DNA of 64,000 nucleotides from an uncultured delta proteobacterium. Its GTDB lineage: Bacteria > Desulfobacterota > Desulfuromonadia > Desulfuromonadales > JACZKF01. The first letter of the stretch is position 1. Each line of letters opens with the position of its first letter. Location: NCBI GenBank assembly GCA_963816395.1, contig CAWFKQ010000003.1:1-64000 (forward strand). The letters run 5' to 3'. Below the pieces are notes generated by a model. That model saw only the letters and a list, made by a program, of their open reading frames with translations, did not search any database and had not been told where the DNA came from. This document shows positions 10,033-22,005 of this stretch, in pieces. A program made the translations under genes and the position numbers.

Positions 10033-11619
10033 TCAGGCGAAGTACAGGGCGAGAAGATTGGCCAGGCCGATGAGAAAGCCGAGCAGGGCGCCGAACAGGT
10101 TGATGTACTTGAAATGCTCCTGCATGATCCCCATCAGCAGCCCTTCCACCTGGAGGATGTCCAGAGTGTTGACCTTCTCCTCAACGATGCGCCGCACATT
10201 GAGGGAATTGACCAGCGGGGGGACCTCTTTCTTCAGCAACTCCGCCAACTGAGCGTAAAGCCCCTCCTCCAATTCCTCCCGCACGTCGGCGGGGAGGCGG
10301 GCGGAGAGCTTGCCCAGCGGGTACTGGAAGAACCATTCCTCCGCCCTGGCGGCGAGCACCGCGGCCAGCGCATCGCGGGCGCCGGGGGCGCGCAGGGCCG
10401 CCAGCAGCCGGTCGGCGAGCAATTCCCGGGCGTGCTCGATCCCTCCCTCGGGCAGGCCACGGGTGAGCAGGGAGCCGAAGGAACGGTCCTTCAGCCGGTC
10501 GACCCCCCGCTCCACCAGACCCAGGGCCGCTTCGGCGGCGCGCCGGCTGCGCACCAGCTCCACCGTCCGATGGCGCAGAAAACGCCGTACCCCCGCCACC
10601 TTTTCATAGGGGACCTTCTCCAGGAACGTGCCGAAGGGGCGGTCGAGCAGGGAGTCGAGGCGCTCCCGCAGCATCTCCGCCACCTGCGCCTGGGTCTTCT
10701 CCTCGCGCAGCCAGCGGGCGATCTCGTCTCCCGCCCGATCGAGGAACTCGGGGATGCGGCCATAGATCTTGTCCATGTTGACGAAGCCGGCCAGCAATCC
10801 GGAGAGGCCGCCCAGGGAGTCGAGGAAGCTCTCGATCCCCTCCTTCCCCTTTTTCACCAGCCGCTCGCGGAACTCCGGGTCGTAGAGGAGGCCGCCGAAT
10901 TTTTCCAGCAGCGGCGGGATCTCCTTCTCCAACCGGGCAAGGACGACCTCCAGCAGATCGGCGGGAAGCAACTCACGGACGGGGCGTTCCGAGCTCAGCC
11001 ACTGCTCGAATTTGTCGTCGACGATATGCCCCACCCCCCGGCTGACGCCCTCCGAGCTGAGAAAGGCCCCGATCCGCTCGTCGAGATGGCCGCGCAGGTT
11101 CTCGTAGCGCGTGGGGGTAAGAAAGCTCTCCAGGTCCCGGGCCAGCAGTTCATCTTCCTTGCGCCGCAGGTAGTCGCGCAGCCGGTCCTCGAACTCGGCA
11201 CTTTCCAGATAATCGAAAACCGCCTTGACCGCCTTCCAGCGCAGCAGCTCCACCAGGTCGCGGAAGCGCTGGCGGTAGGCGGCCGGGACCAGGGAGGCGA
11301 CCGGGCCGAGTTCGCGGTCGAGAAAGCCGCCCAGCTTCTCGGCCACCGCCTCCTGCAGGTCGCGGCGGAAGCTCTTCTTTTCCAGCGCCCGGCCGACGTC
11401 CTCGGAGGTCAGCAGATGACTGCCCACCATATCCCCTATCTTCTCCGCCAGCTCATGGCGCTTGGCGGGAATGATCCCCGGCGTCAGGGGGATCCGCAGG
11501 CCGAACAGGCGCCAGGGGCGCAAGGGGCGGAAGAGCATGCGAATGGCGATGTAATTGGTGATGTAGCCGATGAACGCCCCGAGCAGGGGGGGGATCAGAT
11601 AGGGGAGATAGTTTTCCAT
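10033..11619 (-). CDS. DUF445 family membrane protein
   Basis: N-terminal GAFIGYITNYIAIRMLFRP...GIIP and C-terminal YINLFGALLGFLIG. Confidence 0.85.
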   Translation of the reverse strand: MENYLPYLIPPLLGAFIGYITNYIAIRMLFRPLRPWRLFGLRIPLTPGIIPAKRHELAEKIGDMVGSHLLTSEDVGRALEKKSFRRDLQEAVAEKLGGFLDRELGPVASLVPAAYRQRFRDLVELLRWKAVKAVFDYLESAEFEDRLRDYLRRKEDELLARDLESFLTPTRYENLRGHLDERIGAFLSSEGVSRGVGHIVDDKFEQWLSSERPVRELLPADLLEVVLARLEKEIPPLLEKFGGLLYDPEFRERLVKKGKEGIESFLDSLGGLSGLLAGFVNMDKIYGRIPEFLDRAGDEIARWLREEKTQAQVAEMLRERLDSLLDRPFGTFLEKVPYEKVAGVRRFLRHRTVELVRSRRAAEAALGLVERGVDRLKDRSFGSLLTRGLPEGGIEHARELLADRLLAALRAPGARDALAAVLAARAEEWFFQYPLGKLSARLPADVREELEEGLYAQLAELLKKEVPPLVNSLNVRRIVEEKVNTLDILQVEGLLMGIMQEHFKYINLFGALLGFLIGLANLLALYFA

Positions 11620-11874
11620 CGAAATTTCAGTCCTCCGGGATCAGGATAGGTGATCATAGCTGTATTTTGCGGCTGGAACAAGTCGGCGGGGTGGTTCGGG
11701 AGGCGATTTTTGCAAACCAAGAGGAGCGTCGGAGGAGGCATCCGCCGCCGACTTTGGTGTGGTGCCGTTGAACGGCACCGAGGACCTTAAGGCTCTGAAA
11801 ATCCCGATGCCATTGACCTGCTCGCCGGCAAACGAATGGCTCGGTTCATCGGCGCGTGCGGGGACATGATTCCC

Positions 11875-12582
11875 CTATACATCCAGTCCAGCCCCATGCT
11901 TCCGCAGCCATTCCTTCCGCTCGCCATAGTTCGGAATCACCTTGTCCACCTCGTTCCAGAAGGCGTCGGTGTGGTCGAGGTGGTGGAAGTGGCAGAGCTC
12001 GTGGACGACGATGTAGTCGATGATCGTCTGCGGGGCCATCATGCATTTCCAGTGGAAGGCCAAGTTGCCATTGGGGGAACACGAGGCCCAGCGGTTGCCG
12101 AGTTCGCGGACGCCGACCTCGCGCGGTGCGACGCCGACCTTCGGCGCGTAATAGTTCACCCGCTGAACGATCCGCTCCCGCCCGCGGGCGATGTAGTAAT
12201 CACGGAAGGCGGCCTTCGCGGCCTCGATGGCGCCCGCATCGACCAGATCCCGCCGCAGGCAGAAACGTCCGTTCTTCAGCAGCAGCGGCTCGGCCTGGTC
12301 GCCGACGAGGAGCAGCCGGTAGGAGCGGCCCAGATAAAGGAACCCCTCGCCGTTTTTGTACTCCCGCAGCACGCGGGTGGCGTTGAGGTCGCGCCACTCG
12401 GCGAGATTCTTGTAGATCCAGTAGCGCTTGGCCTCGACGATGATCCTCGATCCGCTCGTCGGGGATCGCCTCCGGTGCCCGCACCAGTACCCGACCGTCT
12501 CGCTCGATGACGATGTCGGCGGTGGCGCGGCGGCTGCGCACGATCTTGTAGGTGATATCGTCTTTTCTTGTTTGGCTTTCAT
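11875..12582 (-). CDS. YgjP/DUF45 (M48-like) metallopeptidase next to type I RM (frameshifted)
   Basis: [29 protein letters not shown]...FW; ATGA overlap with the hsdR stop. Confidence 0.85.
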   Translation of the reverse strand: MKAKQEKTISPTRSCAAAAPPPTSSSSETVGYWCGHRRRSPTSGSRIIVEAKRYWIYKNLAEWRDLNATRVLREYKNGEGFLYLGRSYRLLLVGDQAEPLLLKNGRFCLRRDLVDAGAIEAAKAAFRDYYIARGRERIVQRVNYYAPKVGVAPREVGVRELGNRWASCSPNGNLAFHWKCMMAPQTIIDYIVVHELCHFHHLDHTDAFWNEVDKVIPNYGERKEWLRKHGAGLDV

Positions 12583-15500
12583 TTCGTCAGTTCCTGGTGG
12601 CGCTTTTCGGCCAGCTTCACGATCTCCACGGCGATCCGTTCGTGCTTGTCGATCAGTTCCGGGATCCCGCTCAGCAGGATCTCCGTGTCGATGTTCCCCC
12701 GCAGCTTCTTCACCTCGATCGGCTTCTTCCAGAAGTCGATGATGCCGATCGTCTCCTGCAGCATCTCGACGATGCCGGCCATCAGCTTCTTCAGCTGCGT
12801 CCGGTGTTCGGCCGGCACTTCGCCCCCCTCGAAGGCGAGCTGCAGCACGTAGTCGTAGAAGGTCGTCGCCTCCCGGGTCAGCCCCTCCACCGGCTCCGTC
12901 CGCCCGGCTATGGCTTCGCTGCGGAGCTGCTCGTACCCATCGGCCAGCAGCTCCCACTGGTGCTTGTGCTCCTGGATCAGCTTCTCCAGCTTCTCGCTCA
13001 GGCGCTTGTAGAAGGCCGGGTCCTCGTCGAAGTGGACCGTGCAGTGCTTGCGGATGGCGTGCTCCATCTCGCTCGCCTTCGCCTCCGGGTTCCCGCCCGC
13101 ATGCTTCTGCACGTGGCTGATGAAATCGTCCGACAGCAGCTCGATCGGCGGGATCTTCGGGTTGATCCCCAGGTCGATGAGATGCTCGTTGATCAGCGCC
13201 TTCACCTTCTCGCCGGCGTCGGCGATGTCGAGGGAGTCGTCCTTGTAGCGCTCCTTGACCATGCGCAGCAGATAGCCGAAGCGCCGCGCCGGACCGCGGT
13301 AGGGATGCCCCGCCGCGTGCGGGAGGATCAGGTTCAGGCTCTGCAGGAACTTCTTCAGGTAGACCTCGAAATCGGCCCGGCGCTTGATCTCCTGCATCGC
13401 CCCGACCGCCGCGTGCACCACCGCCACGTCGGCCTCGGGGGTGGGGAGCGTCCCGGTGACGAACGCCTCGATCTGCCCTACCCCGGCGGCGCGGAAATGC
13501 TGCAGCAGCCGCTGGTAGCGCTCCTCCAGGATCGGCAGCTCGGTCAGCCGGTTCTTCAGCCCCTGCGCGGATGTCCTCGGCGTCCTCCTCGGAATAGATG
13601 CTGAGCGCCTGCATCAGGTGGTTGGCGAGGCCGATGTAGTCGACGATGAAGCCGCGGTGCTTGTTCTTCGCCACCCGGTTGACGCGGGCGATGGCCTGCA
13701 GCAGGTTGTGCTCGCGCAGCCGCTTGTCGATGTACATCACCTGCTCCACCGGCGCGTCGAAGCCGGTCAGCAGCATGTCGCAGACGATCAGGAAGGCGAT
13801 GCCGGTCAGCACCTTGTCGGGGTCGTCCAGGTCGAAGGGCTTGCAGAAGTTCTCCACCGCGTTCCAGCGCTTCGCCTCCTTGCGCGCCTCGGTGATGGCG
13901 GCCAGCTCGTTGGTCGCGTCGGCGGAGACGACCACCACGGCCTTGAGGAAGGCGATGCGGCGGATCAGCGCGAAATCGGGGATCGGGCTTCAGCTTCTCC
14001 CGGTCCAGCCGCTCGGCCAGCGCCTCGCGGATCGCCTTCTGGTAGCGGATCGCCGCCAGCTTGGAGTGGCAGACCACCTGCGCCTTGAAGCCGTCGGGCA
14101 GGATGTTGTCGATGTAGTGGTCGACCAGATCGCGGGCGATGGCGGCGATGCGCTGCTCGGCTTCGAGGATGTCGCCGCTGGCGCCGTACTTCTTCTTGAT
14201 GGCGGCCAGCTCCTCGTCGCTGCGCTCGCGGAAGAGGTCCTCGAACTTGGTGTCGAAGCCGTGCTTGTCCTTGAGGGCGGTGTCCGCCGTGCGCCCCTCG
14301 TAGAGGATCTGCAGCGTCGCGCCGTCGTGCACCGCGTCCATCAGCTTGTAGGTGTCGATGTATTCGCCGAAGCGCTTCACCGTGCGCTTGTTGCCGTGCT
14401 GCTCGGTGATGAGCGGGGTGCCGGTGAAGGCGATGCGGGTGGCGTTGGGGAAGGCCTCGAAGAGGTTGTCGCCGAGGTCGGAGCCTTGGGTGCGGTGCGC
14501 CTCGTCGATCATCAGCAGGATGCGCTCGGAGGGGTTGACCACGCCGAAGGTCTCCCCCGACGGCAGCGCCCGGTAGGTGGCCAGCGCCTCGGCCACCTTG
14601 AGGGGGACCGCCTCGGCGCGCTCCATGAACTTGTGCACCATCACCATGTTGATGTCGGAGGCCTCGGTGCCAGGTGCTCGCGCAGCTCGCGCCGTGCTCT
14701 CGATGACGTTCACCTTGCCGCCGATGAGCTTGGCGGTGCCGGCGAGCTGATCCTCCAGGTCGACGCGGTCGTTGACCAGCAGGATCTTGAAATCCTCCAG
14801 GTCCCGGGCGGCGCGCAGCATCCGCGCCACGAAGACCATGGTCAGCGACTTCCCCGAGCCCTGGGTGTGCCAGACCACCCCCGAGCGCTCCTCCGGCGTC
14901 CGGCCGGTGCGCAGGCGCTCGACGATGCGGCGGGCGGCGCGGTACTGCTGGTAGCGGCAGACCACCTTGACCCGCTTGCCGGCGTCGGTGTCCATGAAGA
15001 CGGTGCAGGTGCGCAGCACATCGAGCAGCGTCGCCGGGGCGAGCAGCCCCTGGATCAGCCGCTCCTGCTCGCGCTCGACGCCCGAGCGGCGGAGCGTATC
15101 GCTCCGTCTCGCCTCTGCGAGGGCCAGAGTGGTCCTTCCAGGCGTAGAAGTGCTCGTGCCCCGAGGTGATGGTGCCGAACTCGGCCTTCTCGCCGCAGGT
15201 GCGGATCAGCAGGAGGTTGGTGTGGAAGAGGCGCGGCTCCCCTTCCCGCAGGCCGGCGGCCAGCGGTCTCCGGGCGGCCGTTGCGATAGCGCAGCAGCTG
15301 CTCGAAGGCGGCGTGCATCGGGTTGGCGGTGTTGGCGTCGCCGATCTTGGCCTCGATCACCACCAGCGGGATGCCGTTCACGAAGAGGACGATGTCGGGG
15401 ATGATGCTGCTCTTCACGCAGCCGGGGGTGTCGATGCGGAACTGGTTGATGGCGTGGAACTGGTTGCGCTCGGGGTGGGCGAAGTCGATGAGCTGCACCA

Positions 15501-15848
15501 CCGGGTCGCTCTCGCCGGTGATCTCGTTGCGGTCGACCTGGGCCTTGAGGAAAAGGGCCTGGATCGCCTCGTTGGCTTCGAGCAGGGTGCGGTTGGGCTG
15601 GCGCAGGATCTGGGAGCGCAGGTCGTCGAGCTGGCGGTCGGTCAGCCAGGGGGTGCCGTCGGCGGTGCGGTTGATGGCGCGGACGGACTCGCGGAAGACC
15701 TCGGGGAGGAGCCATTCGCGGAAGCGATGTCGCGCAGGCTGGCCGTCGGGTCGGAGGGGATGAACCCGTGGCCCTGGTCGATGACCGTCCAGCCGAGGGT
15801 GGCGAGTTGGTCGAGGAACGGTTTTTCGACGTGGAGGTATTCGGACAT
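12579..15848 (-). CDS. hsdR: Type I restriction endonuclease subunit R (frameshifted)
   Basis: [19 protein letters not shown] nuclease motif; [38 protein letters not shown] helicase motifs across several ORF pieces. Confidence 0.95.
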
Positions 15849-15860
15849 GACCGTCTCTCG

Positions 15861-16135
15861 CTACGGTTGCACCGGCAGGGTCGCCCTGCACTCGGGATAC
15901 CCCGAACATCCCCAGAACCGCGACCCGGCATTAGGTCCGTTGCGGGCAGTGCGCAGGACCATAGGCTTGCCACAGGCAGGGCACAGCTCATCCGACTGAT
16001 CAGTCTGATCCGACGGATCGGTCCGATCTTGTCTTTGCCGCTCTTGAACCCGAGCCGCGTGCAGCCGCTCGCTGTAGCCACCCTCATTGATAAACTGCCT
16101 CTCCAAGCCGGCGATCTGCCGGTCGAGCCGCTCAT
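15861..16135 (-). CDS. Four-helix-bundle suffix domain plus topoisomerase-type C4 zinc finger; partial paralogue of 17694-18449
   Basis: LDRQIAGLERQFINEGGYSERL...CPACGKPM...FWGCSGYPEC. The ATG at 16135 overlaps the upstream stop but is one base out of frame. Confidence 0.6.
15867..16128. repeat. ~260-bp direct repeat, copy 1 (copy 2 at 17703-17964)
   Basis: Hand alignment is ungapped with about 30 substitutions. Confidence 0.9.
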
Positions 16136-17692
16136 TCGCTTTCCTCCAGTTCGGCCAAGACCTTCTTCCCTTGTCGGTCAGGCGGTAGCGCTGTTTGCTG
16201 CTGCGCGGCTTGTCCGGGATGGTCATTTCGACGAGACCTTCTTCCAACAAAGGGTTCAACACTTGGTCCCTGAATTTGGTGCGGTCTGCTCGCCCGGCAA
16301 TAGCCATGAAATCGATTATCGCTTCTTACTTTCATGGCAGTTACGCAAGACCTCAACTTGGTGCCGACTTAGTGCCAACTTGGTGCCTACTTCCCCGGTG
16401 ACTTCCGGGGTGACTTCCCCCGCAAGTTCCTGGATCGCCCGCTCGTGCACCGGCAGGCGGATCAGGAAATAGGTGCGGTCCTCGTCGGTCTCGAACTGGG
16501 GCGTCGGCGAGCCGTTCTCCCTCATGACCTTGAGAATCTTGGGAATCCCCGTGGAGCGCCCCTCGGTGAGGTCCAGTTCCTTGAGGAACTCCCCGATCCG
16601 GCGATTGCGGTAGCGGCGGCTGACGGCCCGGCCGGCCCGCAGGTCTTCCAAGCGGATGGAGCGGTCCGGGCCGGGAAAGCTCAGGACGACCAGGTCCTCC
16701 GGGGTGATCCGTACCTCGATGGGCTCGCGCTCCTGGTAGGAGCGGTGGTAGACGGCATTGACCACCGCCTCTTCGATGGCGGCATAGGGGAAGTTCCAGA
16801 AGCGCTCGGCCTCGGCCCGGTCGGGGTGCTTGATCACGATTTCCTTGAGGTAGTTGCGCTGGATGAAGCCGAGGGCCTCCCGGGTCATGCGGGCGAGCGG
16901 CCCGCGGAAGGTTTTCTCCTCGAAGCGGTCTCCCCCCGCCCCTTCCGGAAACCACACCACATCGATCTGGGTGGCGGGAAAGAACTTGTGCGGCTCTTCG
17001 TTGAAGAAGAGCAGGCCGACGTTTTTCGGCAGGGACGCTTCGGACGGGCCGCCGGCGATATTCATCTGCCGGCCGAGGGATTCCATCGAAAGGGTATGGA
17101 CGCCTTCCGCCAGTTCGCTCCCCACCTCCCGCAGGAATTCCACGATCAGCCGGGGCGAAAGATCGTCCAGCGAGGCGAATTGATGGTAGCGGTCGTCGAA
17201 GGGGACGGTGGCCGCCAGACTGAGCAGCTCCCGCTCGGCCTCGCCCCTGGCCTCGATGGTGCTGGCGTAGCGGCGGATGTAGTAGTGAAACGTCTTGTGC
17301 TTCGCAGTAACGGCCTGCGGCGCTTTGTAGGGCCGGTTCTGCCCGCCGGGCGCCCAGAGGACGATCAGCTTCTTGCCGCCGTACTCTTCAATGCTCAGGA
17401 TCGGGAAATAGGGGGGCTGGATCAGGTTGCAATAGCCGAGCAATTCCTGCTGGATTTTGTCGAGAAGATCGTCGGAAAGCCCGACCGGGGGAAAGATCGG
17501 CTGGCCGGATTCATCGCAGTCCTGCCCGATGACGACATAGCCGCCGCCGAGGTTCTCGAAGTCATTGGCAAAGGCGCACAGGGTGCGGATAATCGGGTCG
17601 GGGTTCCAGCCGGCCTTGTACTCGATGCGTTCGCCTTCGATGGTGCGCTGGTGGAGGAGGTCGTGGAGGTTGAGGGGGAGTTTGCTGGTCAT
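16132..17692 (-). CDS. AlbA_2 (Schlafen-like) + RecG-C/HATPase_c_4 + C-terminal HTH protein (3' frameshifts)
   Basis: IEYKAGWN, CAFAND...GGYVVIG, EAVVNAVYHRSY, YRNRRIGEFLKELDLTEGRSTG, TIPDKPRSSKQRYRLT. Confidence 0.85.
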
Positions 17693-17693
17693 T

Positions 17694-18449
17694 TTAATCC
17701 TCTTGCGCCGGCAGGGTCGCCCTGCACTCGGGATACCCCGAGCACCCCCAGAACTGCGAGCCGATGTTGGGTCCCTTGCGGGCCGTGCGCAGGGCCATCG
17801 GCTTGCCACAGGCGGGGCACGATTGATCAGACCGATCGGTCGGATCCGACGGATCGGTCCGATCTTGTCTTTGCCGCTCTTGAAGCCGGGCCGCGTGCAG
17901 CCGCTCGCTGTAGCCACCCTCTTCGATAAACTGCTTTTCCAGGCCGGCAATCTGCCGGTCGAGCAGGTAATTGGCCTGGTGGATCAGGCAGATCAGGGCA
18001 TTGGCGACCACGGCCGGGTCGGCATGGGCGAGCCAGGGCTCGTAAGCTTTTGCATCCGACCGATCGGTCCGATCCGACGGATCTGTCTGATTTACCCTCC
18101 CCACCGCCCGCACTTTCTGCGCCTGCGGATCGTCTTTCCCCCACTGGGGTAAGCCGCGCTGGCGCAAAAAGTCTTCGTAATCGAGCAGCAGCTCATCCAG
18201 GCTGGCCCGCGCCACGTTCACCAGCCGCAGTTCGGTCTGGCTCGAAGTCGCCGAGGCCCGGCTCCCTTCGGCGATGTTCTGCCGCCCGCTGCGCGCCGCC
18301 TGCACCATCTGGTCATGGGTTCGCGACCGCTTGTTCACGAACCGGTCGCAGAACGATACCGTTCCGTCGTAGACGATCTCGGCCACCTGAAACGACCGCA
18401 GGCGGCGATAGCCGCCGCTGGGGCGGAGTGTGGCTGGGCGTTTGTTCAT
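17694..18449 (-). CDS. Four-helix-bundle protein with suffix domain and C4 zinc finger
   Basis: GGYRRLRSFQ, DQMVQAARSGRQNIAEGS, VARASLDELLLDYEDFLR, FIEEGGYSERL, CPACG...WGCSGYPEC. Confidence 0.88.
   Translation of the reverse strand: MNKRPATLRPSGGYRRLRSFQVAEIVYDGTVSFCDRFVNKRSRTHDQMVQAARSGRQNIAEGSRASATSSQTELRLVNVARASLDELLLDYEDFLRQRGLPQWGKDDPQAQKVRAVGRVNQTDPSDRTDRSDAKAYEPWLAHADPAVVANALICLIHQANYLLDRQIAGLEKQFIEEGGYSERLHAARLQERQRQDRTDPSDPTDRSDQSCPACGKPMALRTARKGPNIGSQFWGCSGYPECRATLPAQED
17703..17964. repeat. ~260-bp direct repeat, copy 2
   Basis: Matches 15867-16128. Confidence 0.9.
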
Positions 18450-18628
18450 GGTTTCCCCCTCCGGCGATGTCCGGCTGATCGGCTGGACCCTCGCCGCCTT
18501 ATACCCTGAAATCCCTCATTTTCTGTCTCGAAAATCGAGCTATAAGCCGAGATGGAGCCTTTCTTTTGCGGATAATTGCTGGCAGATCAACTACTTTCCT
18601 TGGTCCGACCCCGCTATGTTTTCTCTCA

Positions 18629-19597
18629 TTACCTGGTGAGTTTTTGTCCGACATAAACGACATTGAGTGGTTTATCAAATTGAATGGGCCATGAAAAGTG
18701 AACGCGAAAAGGTGGCGTCTGAACCTTGCCATGCCAGGGACAAAATATGGATTTTTGGATGTCTGCTGGATCAGGAAATGTCAGATCAGTTTTATAGTCG
18801 GCCTTTTCAGTGTCTGACGAATCAGAAAAAAGTGCCCCACGCCCCCCATCCCCCTTTTTTCCAGTGAAGAAATCACGATAGATTTCATGTCCAGCAGGTG
18901 TGCGCTGCCCTTTTTCGTCAAAGCAGGATTTTAGCCGATTCAGGATATCAAGTATGACAACTATTCTCTGAGCCGCGGATAAAACAAAGGGATGCCCATT
19001 CAAAGGTGCGAACGCATTCGCAGAAAAGGTAAGAAGCGTAAAACGTGCTCGGGCCAAATCTGCTATCTGGCCCCATGAAACCAACGGAGCTGGTGCTGCC
19101 CGCAGAACGTCCTCAAAAGTGCTAGGGTCCCAGTGATTATTCACATCTACGGAGTCCAAGGTACCAGTGTCCTTAAACAAGTCCACCCGAATTGGCGTGT
19201 ATTCCCAATGTGAGGGGGTAAGGCTCACGAGCCTATGCTCAAATCTGTTCAAACAATTCCAGGCCGCCTCAGCAACCGCAGAATCCGTAACAATGGCACC
19301 TTTACACTCAAAATAATCATCAGGGCTGTGCCTTCTTGCATCTTCCCAAAAAGGACCCTGTCTTGTAAGCCACTGCATTACAGATTGTCTTTGATCTCGA
19401 TCGAAAGTTTGTATTGCTTGCTGCATACACATATCTCGTGTCACATGTGCATGGGCAATGTTTCGATGGCAATAGACTTCCCGACCGTATCGTAGTGCCA
19501 GCATACGCATGCCCATAATGCGACTGATGGCATCGTTGAAGGTTGTTACATCAGGAAATTGTCCGGCTATGGAGAGATCATTAACAAAAAATTCCAC
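18629..19597 (-). CDS. Low-GC protein, probable effector (NsnC-like) of a Menshen-like defence system
   Basis: GTG start 1 nt after the ATPase stop; C-terminal WHGK...RVHFSW...VVYVG is RelE-like (inference). Confidence 0.6.
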   Translation of the reverse strand: MEFFVNDLSIAGQFPDVTTFNDAISRIMGMRMLALRYGREVYCHRNIAHAHVTRDMCMQQAIQTFDRDQRQSVMQWLTRQGPFWEDARRHSPDDYFECKGAIVTDSAVAEAAWNCLNRFEHRLVSLTPSHWEYTPIRVDLFKDTGTLDSVDVNNHWDPSTFEDVLRAAPAPLVSWGQIADLARARFTLLTFSANAFAPLNGHPFVLSAAQRIVVILDILNRLKSCFDEKGQRTPAGHEIYRDFFTGKKGDGGRGALFSDSSDTEKADYKTDLTFPDPADIQKSIFCPWHGKVQTPPFRVHFSWPIQFDKPLNVVYVGQKLTR

Positions 19598-19598
19598 T

Positions 19599-20735
19599 TC
19601 ATTCCCCCCACCCAGCGAAGTGGCTCGTATCCTTATCAAATTGATCAAAAAAACCCTCCGGCCAAACATCTATATTACCAGAGCTATCATTTGGGGACTC
19701 AGTACTTGCGCTGCTTCATCCGTCCGAGGTCGGAAGAAATGAATTGCTACTTGATCTGAGTTTAACCGACTCCCTTTGATCGCCCTTCGAATCCCATTGA
19801 GAACATGGTCACTATGGGTCTCCAACATAACTTGGACGCCAGATCGTGCGACCGCCGCGAGGAACTGCCCCATAAGCGACTGCCCTCCAGGATGGAGATG
19901 AACCTCTGGATTTTCGATTAAGAGAATGTCTCCCTCTGTTGCAGAAATAGCTGCGACTACAATTGGCAAAACTGGGTGAGGCCGAATCCTACGTGAATGG
20001 GCCGATGGAAGTCTGTATCTGCAGATGTGCGCAATCCTAAAGTTACTGCGTTTGCTTGCCGAACCTGTTGCACAACCAATCCACAGCCTGGGAAAAACAT
20101 GCGCATAATCTCTTCAACTTGTCGGAGCCTTGTAGGTGGCACCCCCTGAAGTATCAGACCCCTGAGGGCTTGTTCATCCCTTCCCCAGTGCAGGACACTC
20201 ACAGCATGCTCGCCGGCGGGTCCGACAACAGAAGCAATCTGCCGGTCTTCAAGGGGGTAAACCTCACGTGGGCATACTCGTTGAGCGGTTATGTAAGTCA
20301 TTCTTCTCAGACGGACCGCAACGAGTCAGCCGAATCATCAAAATCAGGTGGAAGCAAATATCTTAATGACTGTGGATTATCACAATATTTGCCATTTAGG
20401 CCTACGCGTTCCACCGCCATCGACATCTCTGTTCTTTCCCCTGAGAAAGTCCAATCAAAGCTTGTCCCATCATCAACGATCCCAATCTCAAAGCTCCGCA
20501 TTCCATGTACTTTGTCGACTAGATCAGTCACAGTTCATAGGCGGATCGAGTCACCATTTAACATAAGCCGAGTAGACCACTCATGATCGCACATAGTCTG
20601 ATGAAGAAGAACTAGTGCCTGAAGAACTGATGACTTACCCGATGCATTGGAGCCAGAGAGTAAAGTCAGCGGCGCTAGAGGCAATTTTAACCCTTCAAAA
20701 CACTTAAAAAATTTTATGTTAATTTGAGTGAGCAT
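19599..20735 (-). CDS. AAA/ABC-type ATPase with DUF3696 C-terminus (NsnB-like; frameshifted)
   Basis: Walker A GSNASGKSS, HVGFGLTQ, LLIENPEVHLHP, ETHSDH; C-terminal GNIDVWPEGFFDQ read in a shifted frame. Confidence 0.85.
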
Positions 20736-21822
20736 CAAAAACCTCCTGAAACATTTTGTCCGCCAAAGCAAATCTTTCCCTGACCCGTTTCATGTCATTT
20801 GGCCCGTAGGTAATGGCCCTCGTAAAGGTCTCATCAGAAATTAAATGGAAAAATCCGGCCTTGATAGCATCTGTTCGAGCTTCAACGATACTTTCTTGAT
20901 AGTGGAAAGTCCTGTTGACATGACATCCCAAAGGGAAGCATTGAGGACACTTCGATATTCTTGAAACTTAGTGTGTTTTCTAAAGGCGTGTGCACCAAAT
21001 ATTCTATAGTTATTCACAAGATTGATTCGAAACTGTGCTGATAGCTTTTTGAAATCTTCAAGCTGGAGTGAGTTCATTTTTTTTAGACCAAGAGCAAGAA
21101 ATTCATCCATGTCCCCCCTATATGCACTAAGAGGTAACAGTTGAAACGAACAAAACCTGTTGACAAACTCGCGATCTCTCATCGTCGATTTGTTCAAACT
21201 ATTCCCTGTAGCCTTCAGAAAGAGATCAGTGTTGGCTTCCATTTTAAGAAACCGTGTTGCTGGCCCGGTATAAAGGGAGTTGCGCATTTGCTGCCTTGTA
21301 AGTGGAACGCCACTGTTGACTCGCTCAAATATGTCAAGTCGCGCTCGCTCAGGGACTTTGGCATCTATGATGTAAAGAATTAGATTACAATCCTCAAGGC
21401 GGTTTTGAAGCTTCGGAGAAATTTCTTGAAAACGTTTCAGATTCAATTCAGCCTGATCTGGGAGTTTTAGGCGAAGATCATTATTTACAAAACGTTGGAA
21501 TGAAGATAATCGTTGTAGTCCGTCCACTACTATCATTCGTCCTTCTTCATCTTCTGCGAGATAGAACACAGGAAGTGGGATGCGCATTAGAACAGATTCA
21601 ATAAGTTTACTCTGTTTATCCTCTGGCCAAATGAATTCTCGCTGGAACTCGGGATCCATAATGAACGATCCCTTTTCTATTCTCCTTAGGACATCGTGAA
21701 CCGTGCGATTCTCATTTCGAATCAATAGGGTATCGATTGGATAATCACCCCAAGCAGCATCCTCATCTTCGCCAAGGCCTTCGATTTCTTCCAAATTTTC
21801 GTTAACCAGATTGGAGGTTCAT
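20719..21822 (-). CDS. DUF262 (ParB-like) protein (NsnA-like; frameshifted)
   Basis: PEFQREFIW, KLIESVLMRIPLP, VVDGLQRL, IFERVNSGVPLT. Confidence 0.88.
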
Positions 21823-22005
21823 AGGACCTCACTTTTACGGCTATAATTAAAAACTGTATACAAAACCAGATACGTCTTTAGAGATCTTGTCCCAAAAATT
21901 CTCATTCAAAAGGTAATTGGGAATAAAGATACCATGTTTATATCGTTTTTGATGGCTAAGTTCGCTCATAACATGCCGATAAGGATGACTTGAAGCGTAT
22001 AACCA

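Noticed and set aside
11875..13938. 687-aa HsdR-peptidase fusion ORF
   Set aside because: Produced by frameshifts; the middle is an off-frame reading of the hsdR C-terminus.
15867..18449. Diversity-generating retroelement (Avd-like protein plus a TR/VR-like repeat pair)
   Set aside because: No reverse transcriptase in the window, and the differences between the repeats involve all four bases rather than being adenine-specific.
18499..18732. 77-aa ORF overlapping the end of the Menshen-like third gene
   Set aside because: Overlaps a better-supported gene and has no recognisable motif.
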